Part shown: one piece after another, positions 17,229-29,259 of the stretch
How positions within the stretch are numbered: the first letter of the stretch is position 1
How the letters are laid out: each line of letters begins with the position of its first letter
From: Escherichia phage JN02
Sequence record: MT782071.1
Strand: one strand, 5' to 3'
DNA: 64,000 nucleotides
Notes under the pieces: generated by a model
The model's database searches: none
Seen by the model: the letters and a program-made list of their open reading frames with translations, nothing else
Told to the model about the DNA's origin: nothing
Position numbers and translations under genes: made by a program

Positions 17229-18961
17229 TGGAAATGATTAGCAGTAGCCTTAATTGGTTCGTGGGTGTTGTCGAGGACAGAATGGACCCATTAAAACAAG
17301 GGCGAGTTCGAGTTCGAGTCGTTGGTCTTCATCCGGCACAGAGAGCACAAGGTGATGTACAAGGTATTCCTACAGAAAAACTTCCATGGATGACTGTTAT
17401 TCAACCTATTACGTCTGCATCAATGTCAGGTATTGGTGGTTCTGTTACAGGTCCTGTTGAAGGAACTCGAGTATATGGTCATTTCTTAGACAAATGGAAA
17501 ACAAACGGGATTGTACTTGGTACATATGGCGGAATTGTACGTGAAAAGCCTAATAGACTTGAAGGTTTTTCAGACCCGACAGGTCAGTATCCGCGACGTT
17601 TAGGTAATGATACGAACGTATTAAACCAAGGTGGTGAAGCTGGTTATTATTCGAACTCTAACGTAATTCAAGATAACAACTTGGATTATGGTATAAACCC
17701 AGACGACACAGATTTAGCAAATATTCCAGAAGATGATGACCCTAATTTTACAATAACAGAAATGTTACGTCGTGACGAAGGTCTTCGTGATAAAGTGTAT
17801 TGGGACCATCTCGGGTATCCTACAGTAGGTATTGGACACCTTATCGTAATGGAAAAGACCCGAGATATGTCTCGAATTAATAAATTGTTATCTGATCAAG
17901 TAGGGCGTGAAGTAACAGGAAATCCGGGAACTATTACATTAGAAGAAGCAACAGCGTTATTTGAGAAGGACCTTGCTAAGATGCAGAAAGACATTCGTTC
18001 TAATTCTAAAGTAGGTCCTGTTTACGCTAAAATGAACAGATCTCGCCAAATGGCATTAGAAAACATGTGCTTCCAGATGGGCGTTGGTGGTGTAGCAAAA
18101 TTCAATACTATGCTTAAAGCAATGGCCACAGGTGATTGGAAAACCGCATACAAATCCGGACGCGATTCATTATGGTTCCAACAGACTAAAGGGCGTGCTT
18201 CACGTGTAACAACAATTATTTTAACCGGTAACATGGAATCATACGGTGTTCCTGTTAAAACACCGCCTTCACCGGGAGTTGGTGCTGATTTAGTTACTAG
18301 AAATACCGATCCAGAAGACCCGGCTGGTCCTCCTGTTCCATTAGATTCACGTATCCTTTTTAAAGAACCGGAATCAAGTTATCGTGGTGAGTATCCATAC
18401 GTTCATGCTATGGAAACAGAAAGCGGTCATATCCAAGAATTTGACGATACTCCAGGTAATGAACGTTATCGCTTAGTTCATCCAACAGGGTCATATGAGG
18501 AAGTTTCTCCGTCTGGACGTCGTACTCGTAAAACTGTAGAAGACCTTTTTGACATTACTAATGGCGATGGGAACTTCTTGATTTCTGGTGATAAACTTGT
18601 TAACGTTGGTGCTAATGAAATATATTATAACATGGCAGACCGCCTCCATCAAATAGACGGCAATGACACAATCTTTATTCGTGGTAATCAAACTAAAACT
18701 GTTGAAGGCGATGGAACTCTTTACGTTAAGGGCAATATCAAAATAGTTGTCGACGGAAATGCAGATATTCTTGTTAAAGGTGATGCTAAAACTCAGGTCG
18801 AAGGGAATCATGATTACACCGTCAACGGAAACGTTAAATGGACTGTTAATGGTAATGTTGATATGACTGTTGCCGGGGATTGGGCAGAAACAATGTCTAC
18901 AATGAGCTCAGTAGCTTCAGGACAATACACTGTTGACGGATCTCGTATTGATATTGGGTAA
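17228..18961 (+). CDS. 5: Baseplate central spike with tail lysozyme domain, gp5
   Basis: 577 aa; lysozyme-like segment DEGLRDKVYWDHLGYPTVGIGHL and C-terminal VxGxxxxx beta-helix repeats. Confidence 0.95.
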   Translation: MEMISSSLNWFVGVVEDRMDPLKQGRVRVRVVGLHPAQRAQGDVQGIPTEKLPWMTVIQPITSASMSGIGGSVTGPVEGTRVYGHFLDKWKTNGIVLGTYGGIVREKPNRLEGFSDPTGQYPRRLGNDTNVLNQGGEAGYYSNSNVIQDNNLDYGINPDDTDLANIPEDDDPNFTITEMLRRDEGLRDKVYWDHLGYPTVGIGHLIVMEKTRDMSRINKLLSDQVGREVTGNPGTITLEEATALFEKDLAKMQKDIRSNSKVGPVYAKMNRSRQMALENMCFQMGVGGVAKFNTMLKAMATGDWKTAYKSGRDSLWFQQTKGRASRVTTIILTGNMESYGVPVKTPPSPGVGADLVTRNTDPEDPAGPPVPLDSRILFKEPESSYRGEYPYVHAMETESGHIQEFDDTPGNERYRLVHPTGSYEEVSPSGRRTRKTVEDLFDITNGDGNFLISGDKLVNVGANEIYYNMADRLHQIDGNDTIFIRGNQTKTVEGDGTLYVKGNIKIVVDGNADILVKGDAKTQVEGNHDYTVNGNVKWTVNGNVDMTVAGDWAETMSTMSSVASGQYTVDGSRIDIG

Positions 18962-18964
18962 TAT

Positions 18965-19480
18965 ATGGCACAAATACTTCCTTTAAATACCGACTTAGGA
19001 GAAGACATGGAAGGGGCGTCTATTGACGTCCTTTTTACTCCACAGTTAGAAACAACCGAAACTTTAGTGTCAATAAATATAACAGATTATGAACCGACAC
19101 AAGGCATTACGGTAGATGGTAATCGTTTATATGGAACATATGAAAGTGTGTTTAGCTTTTCTTCGGATGCATTGAAATATCGATTAAATGATGATTTTGA
19201 AACAGCATCTTCATGGGATGATTTACCAAAAGATGAATCCACACAGTTATATTTGTGGAGAGCTCCTCAGAATCTTCGTAAAGTGTTTAGTTATACGGTT
19301 GAAATGATTTATAACTACCAAGAAGAAAGTTCATCAGGCGATTCTAGAAGTGACTCTGGTACAGAACCTCCACCGGCTCCAGTACAAAAAACTCTTACTA
19401 AGGTTTATACAAAAACTATAGTAGGAAATTGGAGCAAATGGGCTCAACAATTACGAAACTATGTTTATGCGAGGCCGTGA
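18965..19480 (+). CDS. 5.1: gp5.1-like hypothetical protein
   Basis: 171-aa ORF between genes 5 and 5.4. Confidence 0.55.
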   Translation: MAQILPLNTDLGEDMEGASIDVLFTPQLETTETLVSINITDYEPTQGITVDGNRLYGTYESVFSFSSDALKYRLNDDFETASSWDDLPKDESTQLYLWRAPQNLRKVFSYTVEMIYNYQEESSSGDSRSDSGTEPPPAPVQKTLTKVYTKTIVGNWSKWAQQLRNYVYARP

Positions 19481-19482
19481 AA

Positions 19483-19776
19483 ATGTCTGGCTTAAGTTAC
19501 GACAAGTGCGTTACAACAGGTCATGAAGCATGGCCTCCTACTGTAATAAATGCTTCCCAATCTAAAGTATTCACCGGTGGTATTCCTGTTCTTGTGGCAG
19601 GAGACCAAATAACACCTCATACCGAAATTAAAAAACCATACGAGACTCATGGAGGTGTTACTGAACCTCGTACATCTAAAGTATACGTCACCGGTAAAAA
19701 GGCCGTTCAAATGGGTGACCCAATTTCATGCGGGGATACTGTTTCTCAGGCCTCGTCAAAAGTCTTTATAAAATAG
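19483..19776 (+). CDS. 5.4: Spike tip PAAR-repeat protein gp5.4, 97 aa
   Basis: [17 protein letters not shown]... matches T4 gp5.4 size and sequence; track ORF starts upstream at 19429. Confidence 0.85.
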   Translation: MSGLSYDKCVTTGHEAWPPTVINASQSKVFTGGIPVLVAGDQITPHTEIKKPYETHGGVTEPRTSKVYVTGKKAVQMGDPISCGDTVSQASSKVFIK

Positions 19777-19784
19777 GAATTAAA

Positions 19785-21758
19785 ATGGCAAACACTCCTG
19801 TAAATTATCAATTAACCCGAACAGCGAATGCTATTCCCGAGATTTTTATCGGGGGCACATTTGCCGAAATCAAACAGAACATTATCGAATGGCTCCATGG
19901 GCAGAATGAATTTCTTGATTATGATTTTGAAGGTTCGCGTTTAAACGTATTGTGTGACCTTTTAGCATATAACACTCTTTACATCCAACAGTTCAGTAAT
20001 AGTGCAGTGTATGAAAGTTTTATGCGTACTGCAAACTTGCGTAGTTCTGTCGTACAAGCGGCTCAGGATAACGGATATCTGCCTTCATCTAAATCAGCAG
20101 CACAAACAGAAATTATGCTCACATGTACGGATGCATTAAATAGAAACTATATCACCATTCCACGTGGCACTCGTTTCTTAGCATACGCTAAAGATACTTC
20201 TGTTAACCCGTATAACTTTGTTTCTACTGAAGATGTCATTGTAGTTAAAGACAAAAATAACCAATATTTCCCACGTCTTCGATTAGCTCAAGGACGTATT
20301 GTTCGCACTGAATTAACATTTGATAGATTAAAACCTATCATTATTCGTGATAAGAATATTGACCGTAATTTGGTTAAGTTGTATGTTGACGGAGCAGAAT
20401 GGATTAACTGGACTCGTAAGTCGATGGTTCACGCTGGTTCTACGTCAACAATCTATTATATGCGTGAAACGGTTGATGGGAACACCGAATTTTATTTTGG
20501 TGAAGGCGAAATCTCTATTAACACATCAGAAGGTGCGTTAACATCTAACTATATTGGTGGCCTTAAACCTGTTCAGGGTTCTAAAATCGTAATTGAGTAT
20601 ATTTCTACTAACGGCGCAGATGCTAACGGTGCTGTAGGATTTTCTTATGCTGATACATTAGCTAATATCACGGTAATCGATATTAACGAGAACCCTAGCA
20701 ATAACCCAGACTTTGTTGGGGCCGATGGTGGTGGCGACCCTGAAGATATTGAACGTATCCGCGAATTAGGCACAATTAAACGCGAAACTCAACAACGTTG
20801 TGTAACCGCTTCCGACTATGACACATTCGTCTCTGAGCGGTTTGGTTCTATTATTCAAGCGGTTCAAACATTCACAGATTCATCTAAACCAGGGTACGCA
20901 TATATTGCTGCTAAGCCTAAATCTGGATTGTATTTGACTTCTGTTCAACGTGATGATATCAAAAACTATTTGAATGATTATAACTTAGGGACTATTACAC
21001 CTGTTGTTATTTCGCCTGATTATTTGTTTATTAAAATGAATATCAAAGTTACATACGCGTTGAATAAACTCCAAGAATCAGAACAATATCTTGAAGGGCA
21101 AATTATTAATAAAATTGACCGATACTATATTGAAGATGTAGAAATTTTTAACTCATCGTTTGCAAAATCTAAAATGCTAACTTATGTCGATGATGCAGAT
21201 ATTTCTATTATTGGTTCTTCAGCTACTATTCAAATGGTTCGCGAAGTACAAAACTTCTATAAAACGCCTGAGGCCGGTATTAAATACAATAATCAGATTA
21301 AAGATAGATCGATGGAATCTAATATATTCTCGTTTGATTCACACAGACCTAATCCAGAAAATGCAAACGAAACTATTAAATACGGTGTTCGCATAGTATC
21401 TTCTGACCGTAATGACCGTGGCATAGGTCAAGTTATTATTGGTCCATTTGCGGACGGTGATGTTGTTGAAAACGAAAATATACAACCTTATACAGGTAAT
21501 GATTTTAATAAACTTACTGTTACTGACGGACGAAACAAATACTATTCAATCGGTGAAGTGAATTATCCTGCCGATTCGATTTATTGGAACATTGCTAAAA
21601 TTGACCTCACTTCAGACCGTTTTGAAGTTCAAACAATTGAACTTTATTCCGACCCTGCAGATGATATTATTTTTACAAAGGATGGTTCTTTAATCGTATT
21701 CGAAAATGACTTACGTCCTCAGTACTTAACTATAGATTTGGAGCCTATTTCACAATGA
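19785..21758 (+). CDS. 6: Baseplate wedge protein gp6
   Basis: Start at MANTPVNYQ (internal to track ORF); 657 aa. Confidence 0.9.
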   Translation: MANTPVNYQLTRTANAIPEIFIGGTFAEIKQNIIEWLHGQNEFLDYDFEGSRLNVLCDLLAYNTLYIQQFSNSAVYESFMRTANLRSSVVQAAQDNGYLPSSKSAAQTEIMLTCTDALNRNYITIPRGTRFLAYAKDTSVNPYNFVSTEDVIVVKDKNNQYFPRLRLAQGRIVRTELTFDRLKPIIIRDKNIDRNLVKLYVDGAEWINWTRKSMVHAGSTSTIYYMRETVDGNTEFYFGEGEISINTSEGALTSNYIGGLKPVQGSKIVIEYISTNGADANGAVGFSYADTLANITVIDINENPSNNPDFVGADGGGDPEDIERIRELGTIKRETQQRCVTASDYDTFVSERFGSIIQAVQTFTDSSKPGYAYIAAKPKSGLYLTSVQRDDIKNYLNDYNLGTITPVVISPDYLFIKMNIKVTYALNKLQESEQYLEGQIINKIDRYYIEDVEIFNSSFAKSKMLTYVDDADISIIGSSATIQMVREVQNFYKTPEAGIKYNNQIKDRSMESNIFSFDSHRPNPENANETIKYGVRIVSSDRNDRGIGQVIIGPFADGDVVENENIQPYTGNDFNKLTVTDGRNKYYSIGEVNYPADSIYWNIAKIDLTSDRFEVQTIELYSDPADDIIFTKDGSLIVFENDLRPQYLTIDLEPISQ

Positions 21759-24700
21759 CAGTAAAAGCGCCAGCAGTCACAAGTCTCAGAATATCCAAGT
21801 TGTCCGCTAACCAAGTTCAAATACGCTGGGATGACGTTGGTGCTAATTTCTACTATTTCGTAGAAATCGCTGAGACTAAAACGGCAGACGGGGAAATAAT
21901 TCCCCCTGCCAGCTACAGATGGATAAATTTAGGATATACTCCTAATAGCAACTGGTTCGAAAATAGCTTAGACCCATTAACTTCTTATATTATTCGTGTA
22001 TCAACTGCCGCCGAAGGCTTCGAGAGATCTGATTGGGTATATACCGAAATATTTGAATCATTTCAGACTAACGCGTATACATTTCAACATATGATTGAAA
22101 TGCAATTGGCTAACACTTTTATTAGAGAAAAATTTACAAATAACAACATGGCTTATGTCGATTTTAATAATGACACTATAATGGCTGCTCTAATGAATGA
22201 ATCGTTCCAATTTAGCCCTGCTTACGCGGATATTTCATCTATTAAAAATTTCATTATTGGCGAAAATGAGTATCATGAAATTCAAGGTTCGATTCAACAG
22301 GTGTGTCATGATATAAACCGTGTTTATTTGATGGAATCTGAAGGAATTCTTTATTTGTTTGAACGGTATCAGCCTGTGGTTAAAGTCTCTAATGATAAGG
22401 GACAAACCTGGAAATCGGTTAAATTGTTTAATGACCGTGTAGGGTACCCTGTATCAAGAACAGTGTATTACCAGACAGATTACACCACGTATGTTCTTGG
22501 GTATGATAAATTATTTTACGGCCGTAAATCAACAGACGTTCGTTGGTCTGCTGATGATGTGAGATTTAGTTCTCAAGATATAACATTTGCTAAAATTGGC
22601 GACCAGTTAAATTTAGGATTTGATGTAGAAATATTTGGTAACTACGCATCATTACCTGCTAACGTATCACGTATTGCAGAAGCTATCGTTTGCAATGACG
22701 ATTATGTATACGTTGCTGCTCGAGATAAAGTTCGTTTTATTAAAACTAGTAATGCCCCTATTGATTCAGACCCGTTATCTCCGACGTATTCCGAACGTTT
22801 GTTTGAACAAGAAACATTTAACATCACAGGTAACCCTAAGGCAGTTTGCTATAAAATGGATTCTGTCGGTGGTAAAATATTTGCACTGATTATCGGTGAA
22901 GTTGTTAATCTTAATGACGACCCGAGGACCACTCCTATTGTTGATTCTGCTGATAAGGGTATTTACGTTCTAGACCATGATGCTGGCACATTTAAACGTG
23001 TGTTTGGTAATACTGAAGAAGAACGCCGTCGTATTGAACCTGGGTACACCAGTATGTCTACTGATGGTGTTGAGTTATCTATTTCATCTAGTAATTTTAA
23101 ATTTTTAGAATCAGACATTGTTGATGACCCAAAAACACAAGTCAAGTACGGTTTAATCGGTGCTGTTAAATACGAGTATCCTCGCGAATGGTTGGCCGAT
23201 AAACATTATCATATGATGTCATTTATTTCAACTGAAGACTCTCAATGGGAATCGTTCACTCCTCAACCGATGGAATACTATGCTGAGCCATTCTTTAGTT
23301 ATTCTAGAAAGTCTGGTACTCGATGCTGGATTAATAACTCAGACAAGGCCGTTGTAATTTATTCTGATTTACTTTACACTAAGGTTATTGAGAATCATCC
23401 ACTTAGTTCTTCAGACCGTGAAGTTCATGAATATTGGAAGGACGGTGACTGTACAATAGTGATGCCTAACGTGGATTTCACCGGATTTAAAAAATATGCA
23501 TCTGGCATGATTTTCTATAAAGCATCAGGTGAGATTATTTCTTATTATGATTTTAGTTACCGTGTTAGAGATAATGTTTCTATAATTTGGAAGCCTACTA
23601 ATATATTCTTAACAGCATCGTTACAAAACCAAGAAAAAGATACCACATGGACTCCTGTGGAAGAGAATGGTATTGCGGACCCAGATTTACGTCCATTGCT
23701 CACTACAATGATGCCAGAGTCTTATCTTTTAGATAATACAAACTTCGAAGCATTCTGTGAGGCTTATATCCAGTATCTTTCTGACGGCTATGGGACCCAT
23801 TATAACAACCTTTTAAATCTTATTAAAAATCAATATCCGCGCGAAGAACATGCGTGGGAATATTTATGGTCTGAGATTTATAAACGAAACATTTACTTAA
23901 ACGCAGAAAAACGCGATTTAGTGTCTCGTTTCTTTGAATCAAGAAGTTATGACTTCTATTCGACTAAAGGAACTGAAGCATCATATAAATTCTTGTTTAA
24001 AGTGCTTTATAACGAAGATGTTGAAATTGAAATTGAATCTAGTTCCGGGACCGAATATGATATCGTCATTGAATCTGATTCGTTGACAGAAGATTTGGTC
24101 GGACAAACCATATACACCGCTACAGGACGTTGTAATGTGACGTATATCGAGAGAAGTTACTCTAAAGGTAAATTACAATGGACTGTAACAATTCACAACC
24201 TCTTAGGTCGTTTAATCCAAGGACAGGAAGTTAAAGCTGAAAGACTCCCTGGTTTTGAAGGTGAAATTGTTCGTGGTATTAAAGGTAAAGAGCTTTCTCA
24301 GAACAACATCGATTACATAAATCGTGGTAGAGCATACTACGTAATGAAGATTAAATCTAAACTTCCATCATCTCGTTGGAAATCAGACGTATTACGTTTT
24401 GTTCATCCGGTTGGATTTGGATTTATCGCAATTACCCTTCTCACAATGTTTATTAACACCGGATTAACACTTAAACATGTTGAAACCATTATTAATAAAT
24501 ACAAAAACTATAAGTGGGATTCTGGATTACCAACTAAATATGCAGACCGAGTGGCTAAATTAGACCCACAAGGAAATGTTGAGTTTGACCCTATTACAGG
24601 TAAAGCGATATATGAAATAGGCCCTATGGCTGGTCAAGATTATCCATTGCCTGAAGATTATAACGCTGAAAACAATAACTCCATATTTCAAGGTCAACTT

Positions 24701-24853
24701 CCATCGGAACGACGTAAACTGATGAGCCCATTATTTGATGCGTCCGGAACAACATTCTCTAGATTTAGAGATTTGGTTGAACAACGGTTAATCGATAATG
24801 TAGGAAATCCAAGAGACCCCGTGAATCCACCACAGGTTAAATTAGATGAATGA
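21755..24853 (+). CDS. 7: Baseplate wedge protein gp7
   Basis: 1032 aa, identical length to T4 gp7; ATGA overlap with gp6. Confidence 0.9.
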   Translation: MTVKAPAVTSLRISKLSANQVQIRWDDVGANFYYFVEIAETKTADGEIIPPASYRWINLGYTPNSNWFENSLDPLTSYIIRVSTAAEGFERSDWVYTEIFESFQTNAYTFQHMIEMQLANTFIREKFTNNNMAYVDFNNDTIMAALMNESFQFSPAYADISSIKNFIIGENEYHEIQGSIQQVCHDINRVYLMESEGILYLFERYQPVVKVSNDKGQTWKSVKLFNDRVGYPVSRTVYYQTDYTTYVLGYDKLFYGRKSTDVRWSADDVRFSSQDITFAKIGDQLNLGFDVEIFGNYASLPANVSRIAEAIVCNDDYVYVAARDKVRFIKTSNAPIDSDPLSPTYSERLFEQETFNITGNPKAVCYKMDSVGGKIFALIIGEVVNLNDDPRTTPIVDSADKGIYVLDHDAGTFKRVFGNTEEERRRIEPGYTSMSTDGVELSISSSNFKFLESDIVDDPKTQVKYGLIGAVKYEYPREWLADKHYHMMSFISTEDSQWESFTPQPMEYYAEPFFSYSRKSGTRCWINNSDKAVVIYSDLLYTKVIENHPLSSSDREVHEYWKDGDCTIVMPNVDFTGFKKYASGMIFYKASGEIISYYDFSYRVRDNVSIIWKPTNIFLTASLQNQEKDTTWTPVEENGIADPDLRPLLTTMMPESYLLDNTNFEAFCEAYIQYLSDGYGTHYNNLLNLIKNQYPREEHAWEYLWSEIYKRNIYLNAEKRDLVSRFFESRSYDFYSTKGTEASYKFLFKVLYNEDVEIEIESSSGTEYDIVIESDSLTEDLVGQTIYTATGRCNVTYIERSYSKGKLQWTVTIHNLLGRLIQGQEVKAERLPGFEGEIVRGIKGKELSQNNIDYINRGRAYYVMKIKSKLPSSRWKSDVLRFVHPVGFGFIAITLLTMFINTGLTLKHVETIINKYKNYKWDSGLPTKYADRVAKLDPQGNVEFDPITGKAIYEIGPMAGQDYPLPEDYNAENNNSIFQGQLPSERRKLMSPLFDASGTTFSRFRDLVEQRLIDNVGNPRDPVNPPQVKLDE

Positions 24854-25850
24854 TTCAAGTGTTATCTATCGTGCAATAGTTACATCAAAATTTAGAACAG
24901 AGAAAATGCTGAATTTTTATAATTCAGTTGGGGATGGAGATGATAAGAACTCCATTTATATTACGTTTGGACGTTCAGAGCCTTGGGCGTCAAATGAAAA
25001 TGAGGTGGGCTTCGCCCCACCTTATCCTACAGATTCTGTTCTTGGTGTTACTGATATGTGGACCCATATGATGGGTACAGTTAAAGTTTTACCTTCAATG
25101 TTAGATTCTGTTATTCCTAGACGTGATTGGGGAGATGTGCGATATCCAGACCCTTACACGTTTAGAATTAACGATATAGTCGCATGTAATACTGCTCCTT
25201 ACAACGCGACAGAAGTTGGGGCTGGTTGGTTAATTTACCGTTGTTTAGATGTCCCTGACGTAGGGCTCTGTTCAATAGAATCTTTAGATAATAAAGATGA
25301 ATGTCTTAAATTAGGTGGTAAATGGACTCCGTCTGTTCGTTCTATGTCTCCTCCTGAAGGCAGAGGCGATGCTAATGGGGTTATCGAAACCGGTGATGGA
25401 TATATTTGGGAATATCTTTATGAGATTCCTGCCGATGTGTCAATTAACCGTTGCACTAATGAATATCTTGTAGTTCCATGGCCGGAAGAAATTAAAGAAG
25501 ACCCCACCCGTTGGGGATATGAAAATAACTTAACTTGGCAACAAGACGACTACGGCTTGATTTACCGTGTTAAAGCCAATACGATGCGGTTTAAAGCATA
25601 TTTTGATTCTGTTTATTTCCCTGAGGCAGCTTTGCCTGGTAACAAGGGTTTTAGACAGATATCAATTATCGCAAACCCGTTAGAAGCTAAGAAAAATCCA
25701 AATGACCCTAATGTTAAAGCAGAAAAGGATTATTACGACCCTAGAGACCTGCAGCGTCATTCCGGTGAAATGATTTATATGGAAAACCGACCACCTGTTA
25801 TTATGGCAATGGACCAAACAGAAGAAATTAACATTTTGTTTATGTTTTAA
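24846..25850 (+). CDS. 8: Baseplate wedge protein gp8
   Basis: 334 aa as in T4. Confidence 0.9.
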   Translation: MNDSSVIYRAIVTSKFRTEKMLNFYNSVGDGDDKNSIYITFGRSEPWASNENEVGFAPPYPTDSVLGVTDMWTHMMGTVKVLPSMLDSVIPRRDWGDVRYPDPYTFRINDIVACNTAPYNATEVGAGWLIYRCLDVPDVGLCSIESLDNKDECLKLGGKWTPSVRSMSPPEGRGDANGVIETGDGYIWEYLYEIPADVSINRCTNEYLVVPWPEEIKEDPTRWGYENNLTWQQDDYGLIYRVKANTMRFKAYFDSVYFPEAALPGNKGFRQISIIANPLEAKKNPNDPNVKAEKDYYDPRDLQRHSGEMIYMENRPPVIMAMDQTEEINILFMF

Positions 25851-25853
25851 TTA

Positions 25854-25878
25854 GGGAGCCTTCGGGCTCCCATTTTTG
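25854..25878 (+). terminator. Rho-independent terminator (gggagcc-UUCG-ggctccc, T5)
   Basis: Perfect 7-bp stem with UUCG tetraloop and T-tract after gp8 stop. Confidence 0.7.
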
Positions 25879-25882
25879 TATC

Positions 25883-25890
25883 TATAAATA
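25883..25890 (+). promoter_or_regulatory. Late promoter TATAAATA (gene 9)
   Basis: Exact octamer 33 nt upstream of gp9 ATG. Confidence 0.65.
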
Positions 25891-25922
25891 GAATATAATA
25901 TAGGACAACAAAAGGCAGAATT

Positions 25923-26795
25923 ATGGCATTTTTTAAGCAAACTCCTAAACAATTAATCGATACCGGCGAAATTGGTAATGCCTCAACAGGTGATATCTTA
26001 TTCGACGGTGGTAATAAAATAAATGACGATATCAACGCTATTTACAACGCATTTGGCGATCAACGTAAAATGGCCGTAGCAGATGGAACCGGACCTACAG
26101 GTCAAACTATTCATGCCACAGGTTATTATCAAAAAGGAAAGGCGGTCGATTATCAAACTCCTATTAAACCCGGCACCATGCATGATATTGATGCCTCTGA
26201 TGGCGGTGTGATTGTTATTATTGACCGTCCTGAATTAGGTGACTCTGTAGAATTCATAAACTCTAATGGGTCTATTTCTGTTAACAATCCTTTAAGTATC
26301 CAAGTAACTGATGGTTCAATTAAAGGTGTTCTTAATAATCTTGTTATTTCCACCCCTTATACCCATGTTGTTCTTCGTTGTATTGAACTTAATGGGCCAA
26401 CTTCAGTATGGAATTATTCTACTGATAGCATGTTTGGGCAGAAAGAATCTCCTGTCGATGGGACTTGGAGCCTTACAGGAAACACCGTTTCTATTCCTCT
26501 GTTTTATCGCACAGATTATAACATGGCTAAATTGCTTGTTACATGCCAATCCGCTGACGGTAGAAAAATAAAAACATGCGAAATAAATATTCTAATAGAT
26601 ACAATTAACTCAGAAGTTCTTTCTACCGAATTTGCAGTAATGCGAGTTGGTAATGTAGATGAAACCGACGAGATTGCTAATATTAGCTTTAGTATTATTA
26701 ACAACTTTGCTACTATGACGATTACATCCGATATTATTGGATTACGTTCAGCAGTTAAAATTATCTCAACTCAGAAAATTGGGGTCGCTCAATAA
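25923..26795 (+). CDS. 9: Baseplate wedge / long tail fibre socket protein gp9
   Basis: 290 aa; conserved position. Confidence 0.9.
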   Translation: MAFFKQTPKQLIDTGEIGNASTGDILFDGGNKINDDINAIYNAFGDQRKMAVADGTGPTGQTIHATGYYQKGKAVDYQTPIKPGTMHDIDASDGGVIVIIDRPELGDSVEFINSNGSISVNNPLSIQVTDGSIKGVLNNLVISTPYTHVVLRCIELNGPTSVWNYSTDSMFGQKESPVDGTWSLTGNTVSIPLFYRTDYNMAKLLVTCQSADGRKIKTCEINILIDTINSEVLSTEFAVMRVGNVDETDEIANISFSIINNFATMTITSDIIGLRSAVKIISTQKIGVAQ

Positions 26796-28600
26796 TGAAA
26801 CAAAATATTAAAATTGGTAACGTCGTTGATGACGGACAAGGCGATTACCTTCGTCGAGGTGGTGAAAAAATAAATGAGAACTTCGACGAAATCTATTATG
26901 AATTAGGTGATGGTGAAGTTCCTTACGCCGCTGGCGCATGGAAGACTTATGATGCGGCTGATGGTCTTAATCTTAAGGCCGCTTGGGGTAAATCTTATGC
27001 AATTAATACTACTTCTGGACGAGTTTCAGTAAATCTTCCTAAAGGGACAATTGCAGACTATAATAAAGTTATTCGTGCTCGTGACGTATTTGCAACTTGG
27101 AACATTAACCCCGTTACTTTAATTCCGGCAAACGGAGACACGATTAAAGGTTCTTCATCTCCGGTAGAAATTAACGTTCAGTTCTCTGATTTAGAATTAG
27201 TTTATTGTGCTCCTGGACGTTGGGAATACATCAAGAACAAACAAATTGATAAAATAGTTAGCTCTGACATTAGTAATGTTGCTCGTAGAGAATATCTGGT
27301 TGAAACCCAAGGTCAGACCGATTTCATGGATGTTTTTAACGGGACCTCTTATAACGTTAACAACATTCGCGTAAAACATCGCGGTAACGAATTGTATTAT
27401 GGTGATGTATTCAGTGATAATAGTGATTTTGGTTCTCCGGGCGCTAATCCTGGTGAACTGGTTGCACTTGATGGATTTAATATTAGATTACGCCAACCAT
27501 GTAATGTTGGCGACACCGTACAAATTGAGACGTTCCTAGATGGTGTTTCTCAGTGGCGTAGTTCATATACTCGTCGCCAAGTTCGCATTTTAGATAGTAA
27601 ATTGACTGCTAAAAAGTCTATTGATGGAAGTATTTACGTCACTGATTTGAGTACGTTCCGGTCTATTCCATTTACAGCATTTGGTGTTAATCCTACGGAA
27701 CCACCTAACCCTAATTCGTTAGAAGTTCGCTTCAATGGTATTCTCCAAGAATTAGCTGGTACTGTTGGAACTCCTATTTTCCGTTGTGAAGGTGTGGATG
27801 CTGATTCTGAAGAGTCATGCGCTAATCTCGGTGGGACATGGACTCAATCGTATACAGATTATGCGATTGAATATACCGATAATATCCCTAGCGCAATTCT
27901 GTTTGACCGTCAATTTGAAGACCAAGACATTATTACCATCACATGGTTTAATAACGATTTAGGAACTCTTCTTGAAATGGAAGAAATCCTTGATGTCGCT
28001 GATGAGAAATATGTTTCTCAAGGGTCTAACATTGAAATTACTGGTGACGTTGCATTAACCGATTTCGATAAAATTGGATGGCCTAATGTAGAACCTGTTC
28101 CTAAATATGAACGTGAATTCTCAACTATCTCAGCAATATTTGATTCAATTTATCCTGTCGGGACTATTTACGAAAATGCGGTTAACCCTAATAATCCGGC
28201 AACTTATTTAGGTTTTGGTTCGTGGAAAATTTGGGGACAAGGCAAAGTATTAGCAGGTTGGAATGATGACGCGTCAGATCCTAATTTTGCATTAAATAAT
28301 AATGACCTTGACGTCAATGGTAACCCTACTCATACCGCAGGTGGGACCGTTGGTGTAACAACCATCACATTAGAAAATGCTGATTTACCAGCTACACAAA
28401 CCGATGAAAAGGTTCTTATTTCTGATGATAATGGTACAGTAATTATAGGCGGTTGTCAATATGACCCAGATGAAGAAGGACCTATTTACACTAAATATCG
28501 TGAAGACCATGCAAAGACTAATGGATCTCATGTTCCAGCGCGTTCTATAACTAATATTCAGCCATCTATAACTGTATACCGTTGGGTAAGGATTGCATAA
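26795..28600 (+). CDS. 10: Baseplate wedge protein gp10
   Basis: 601 aa. Confidence 0.9.
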   Translation: MKQNIKIGNVVDDGQGDYLRRGGEKINENFDEIYYELGDGEVPYAAGAWKTYDAADGLNLKAAWGKSYAINTTSGRVSVNLPKGTIADYNKVIRARDVFATWNINPVTLIPANGDTIKGSSSPVEINVQFSDLELVYCAPGRWEYIKNKQIDKIVSSDISNVARREYLVETQGQTDFMDVFNGTSYNVNNIRVKHRGNELYYGDVFSDNSDFGSPGANPGELVALDGFNIRLRQPCNVGDTVQIETFLDGVSQWRSSYTRRQVRILDSKLTAKKSIDGSIYVTDLSTFRSIPFTAFGVNPTEPPNPNSLEVRFNGILQELAGTVGTPIFRCEGVDADSEESCANLGGTWTQSYTDYAIEYTDNIPSAILFDRQFEDQDIITITWFNNDLGTLLEMEEILDVADEKYVSQGSNIEITGDVALTDFDKIGWPNVEPVPKYEREFSTISAIFDSIYPVGTIYENAVNPNNPATYLGFGSWKIWGQGKVLAGWNDDASDPNFALNNNDLDVNGNPTHTAGGTVGVTTITLENADLPATQTDEKVLISDDNGTVIIGGCQYDPDEEGPIYTKYREDHAKTNGSHVPARSITNIQPSITVYRWVRIA

Positions 28601-29259
28601 TGACTGTACTTAATACAAAGGCGGGAGTTATTTCCCGTCATGCTGATTTTTTGAATTACAGAAAAAATCCAGCTCAAATTGATGTTTTAAACAACCAAGC
28701 TGTAGGTTCCGTGACTATTTCTCAGTTAGCTCGTGGTTTTTATGATGCTAACGTAGAATCTGCAATAAATGATGTCCATAATATGGCACGAGCTGATATT
28801 GGTACTGTTGTCACAAACACTTCAGGTGTATCGCCTGAAGGTGCAGCACAAGTTGATTATTGGACTTTTTCTGGTGATGTTCTCGACGATACTTTGGCCC
28901 CTGGAACGCCGGTCGTTATTAACGTATTTGGACTTGCTGTTAAAGCAACAATCGGTATGACTGATAACGAATTAACGGCACAAGTTCGTATAGCTTTACA
29001 AGAAGCCATTGCTAATCAAATCGCTATTTCTTCTTATAAAGACCATCCATCCGAAGGTAATAAACTTCAGGTGACATATTTAGATAACCAACGTCATGTG
29101 TTGCCAACATATGCTTCGTTTGGTGTAACAATTTCGCAAGAAATTTTGTCTGAAGCAAAATCCGGATACGGAACATGGAATTTATTAGGTGCCCAAACGG
29201 TTACTCTTGATAACCATGATACTCCTACCGTTTTCTACCACTTTGTGAGAGCCTCATGA
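28600..29259 (+). CDS. 11: Baseplate wedge / short tail fibre attachment protein gp11
   Basis: Start at MTVLNTKAG (ATG overlapping gp10 stop); 219 aa as in T4. Confidence 0.9.
   Translation: MTVLNTKAGVISRHADFLNYRKNPAQIDVLNNQAVGSVTISQLARGFYDANVESAINDVHNMARADIGTVVTNTSGVSPEGAAQVDYWTFSGDVLDDTLAPGTPVVINVFGLAVKATIGMTDNELTAQVRIALQEAIANQIAISSYKDHPSEGNKLQVTYLDNQRHVLPTYASFGVTISQEILSEAKSGYGTWNLLGAQTVTLDNHDTPTVFYHFVRAS

Noticed and set aside
22635-23145. Internal and antisense ORFs within gene 7 (22635..22889 plus, 22963..23145 minus)
   Set aside because: Embedded in a 1032-aa structural gene with the expected T4 length; overlapping-frame artefacts.
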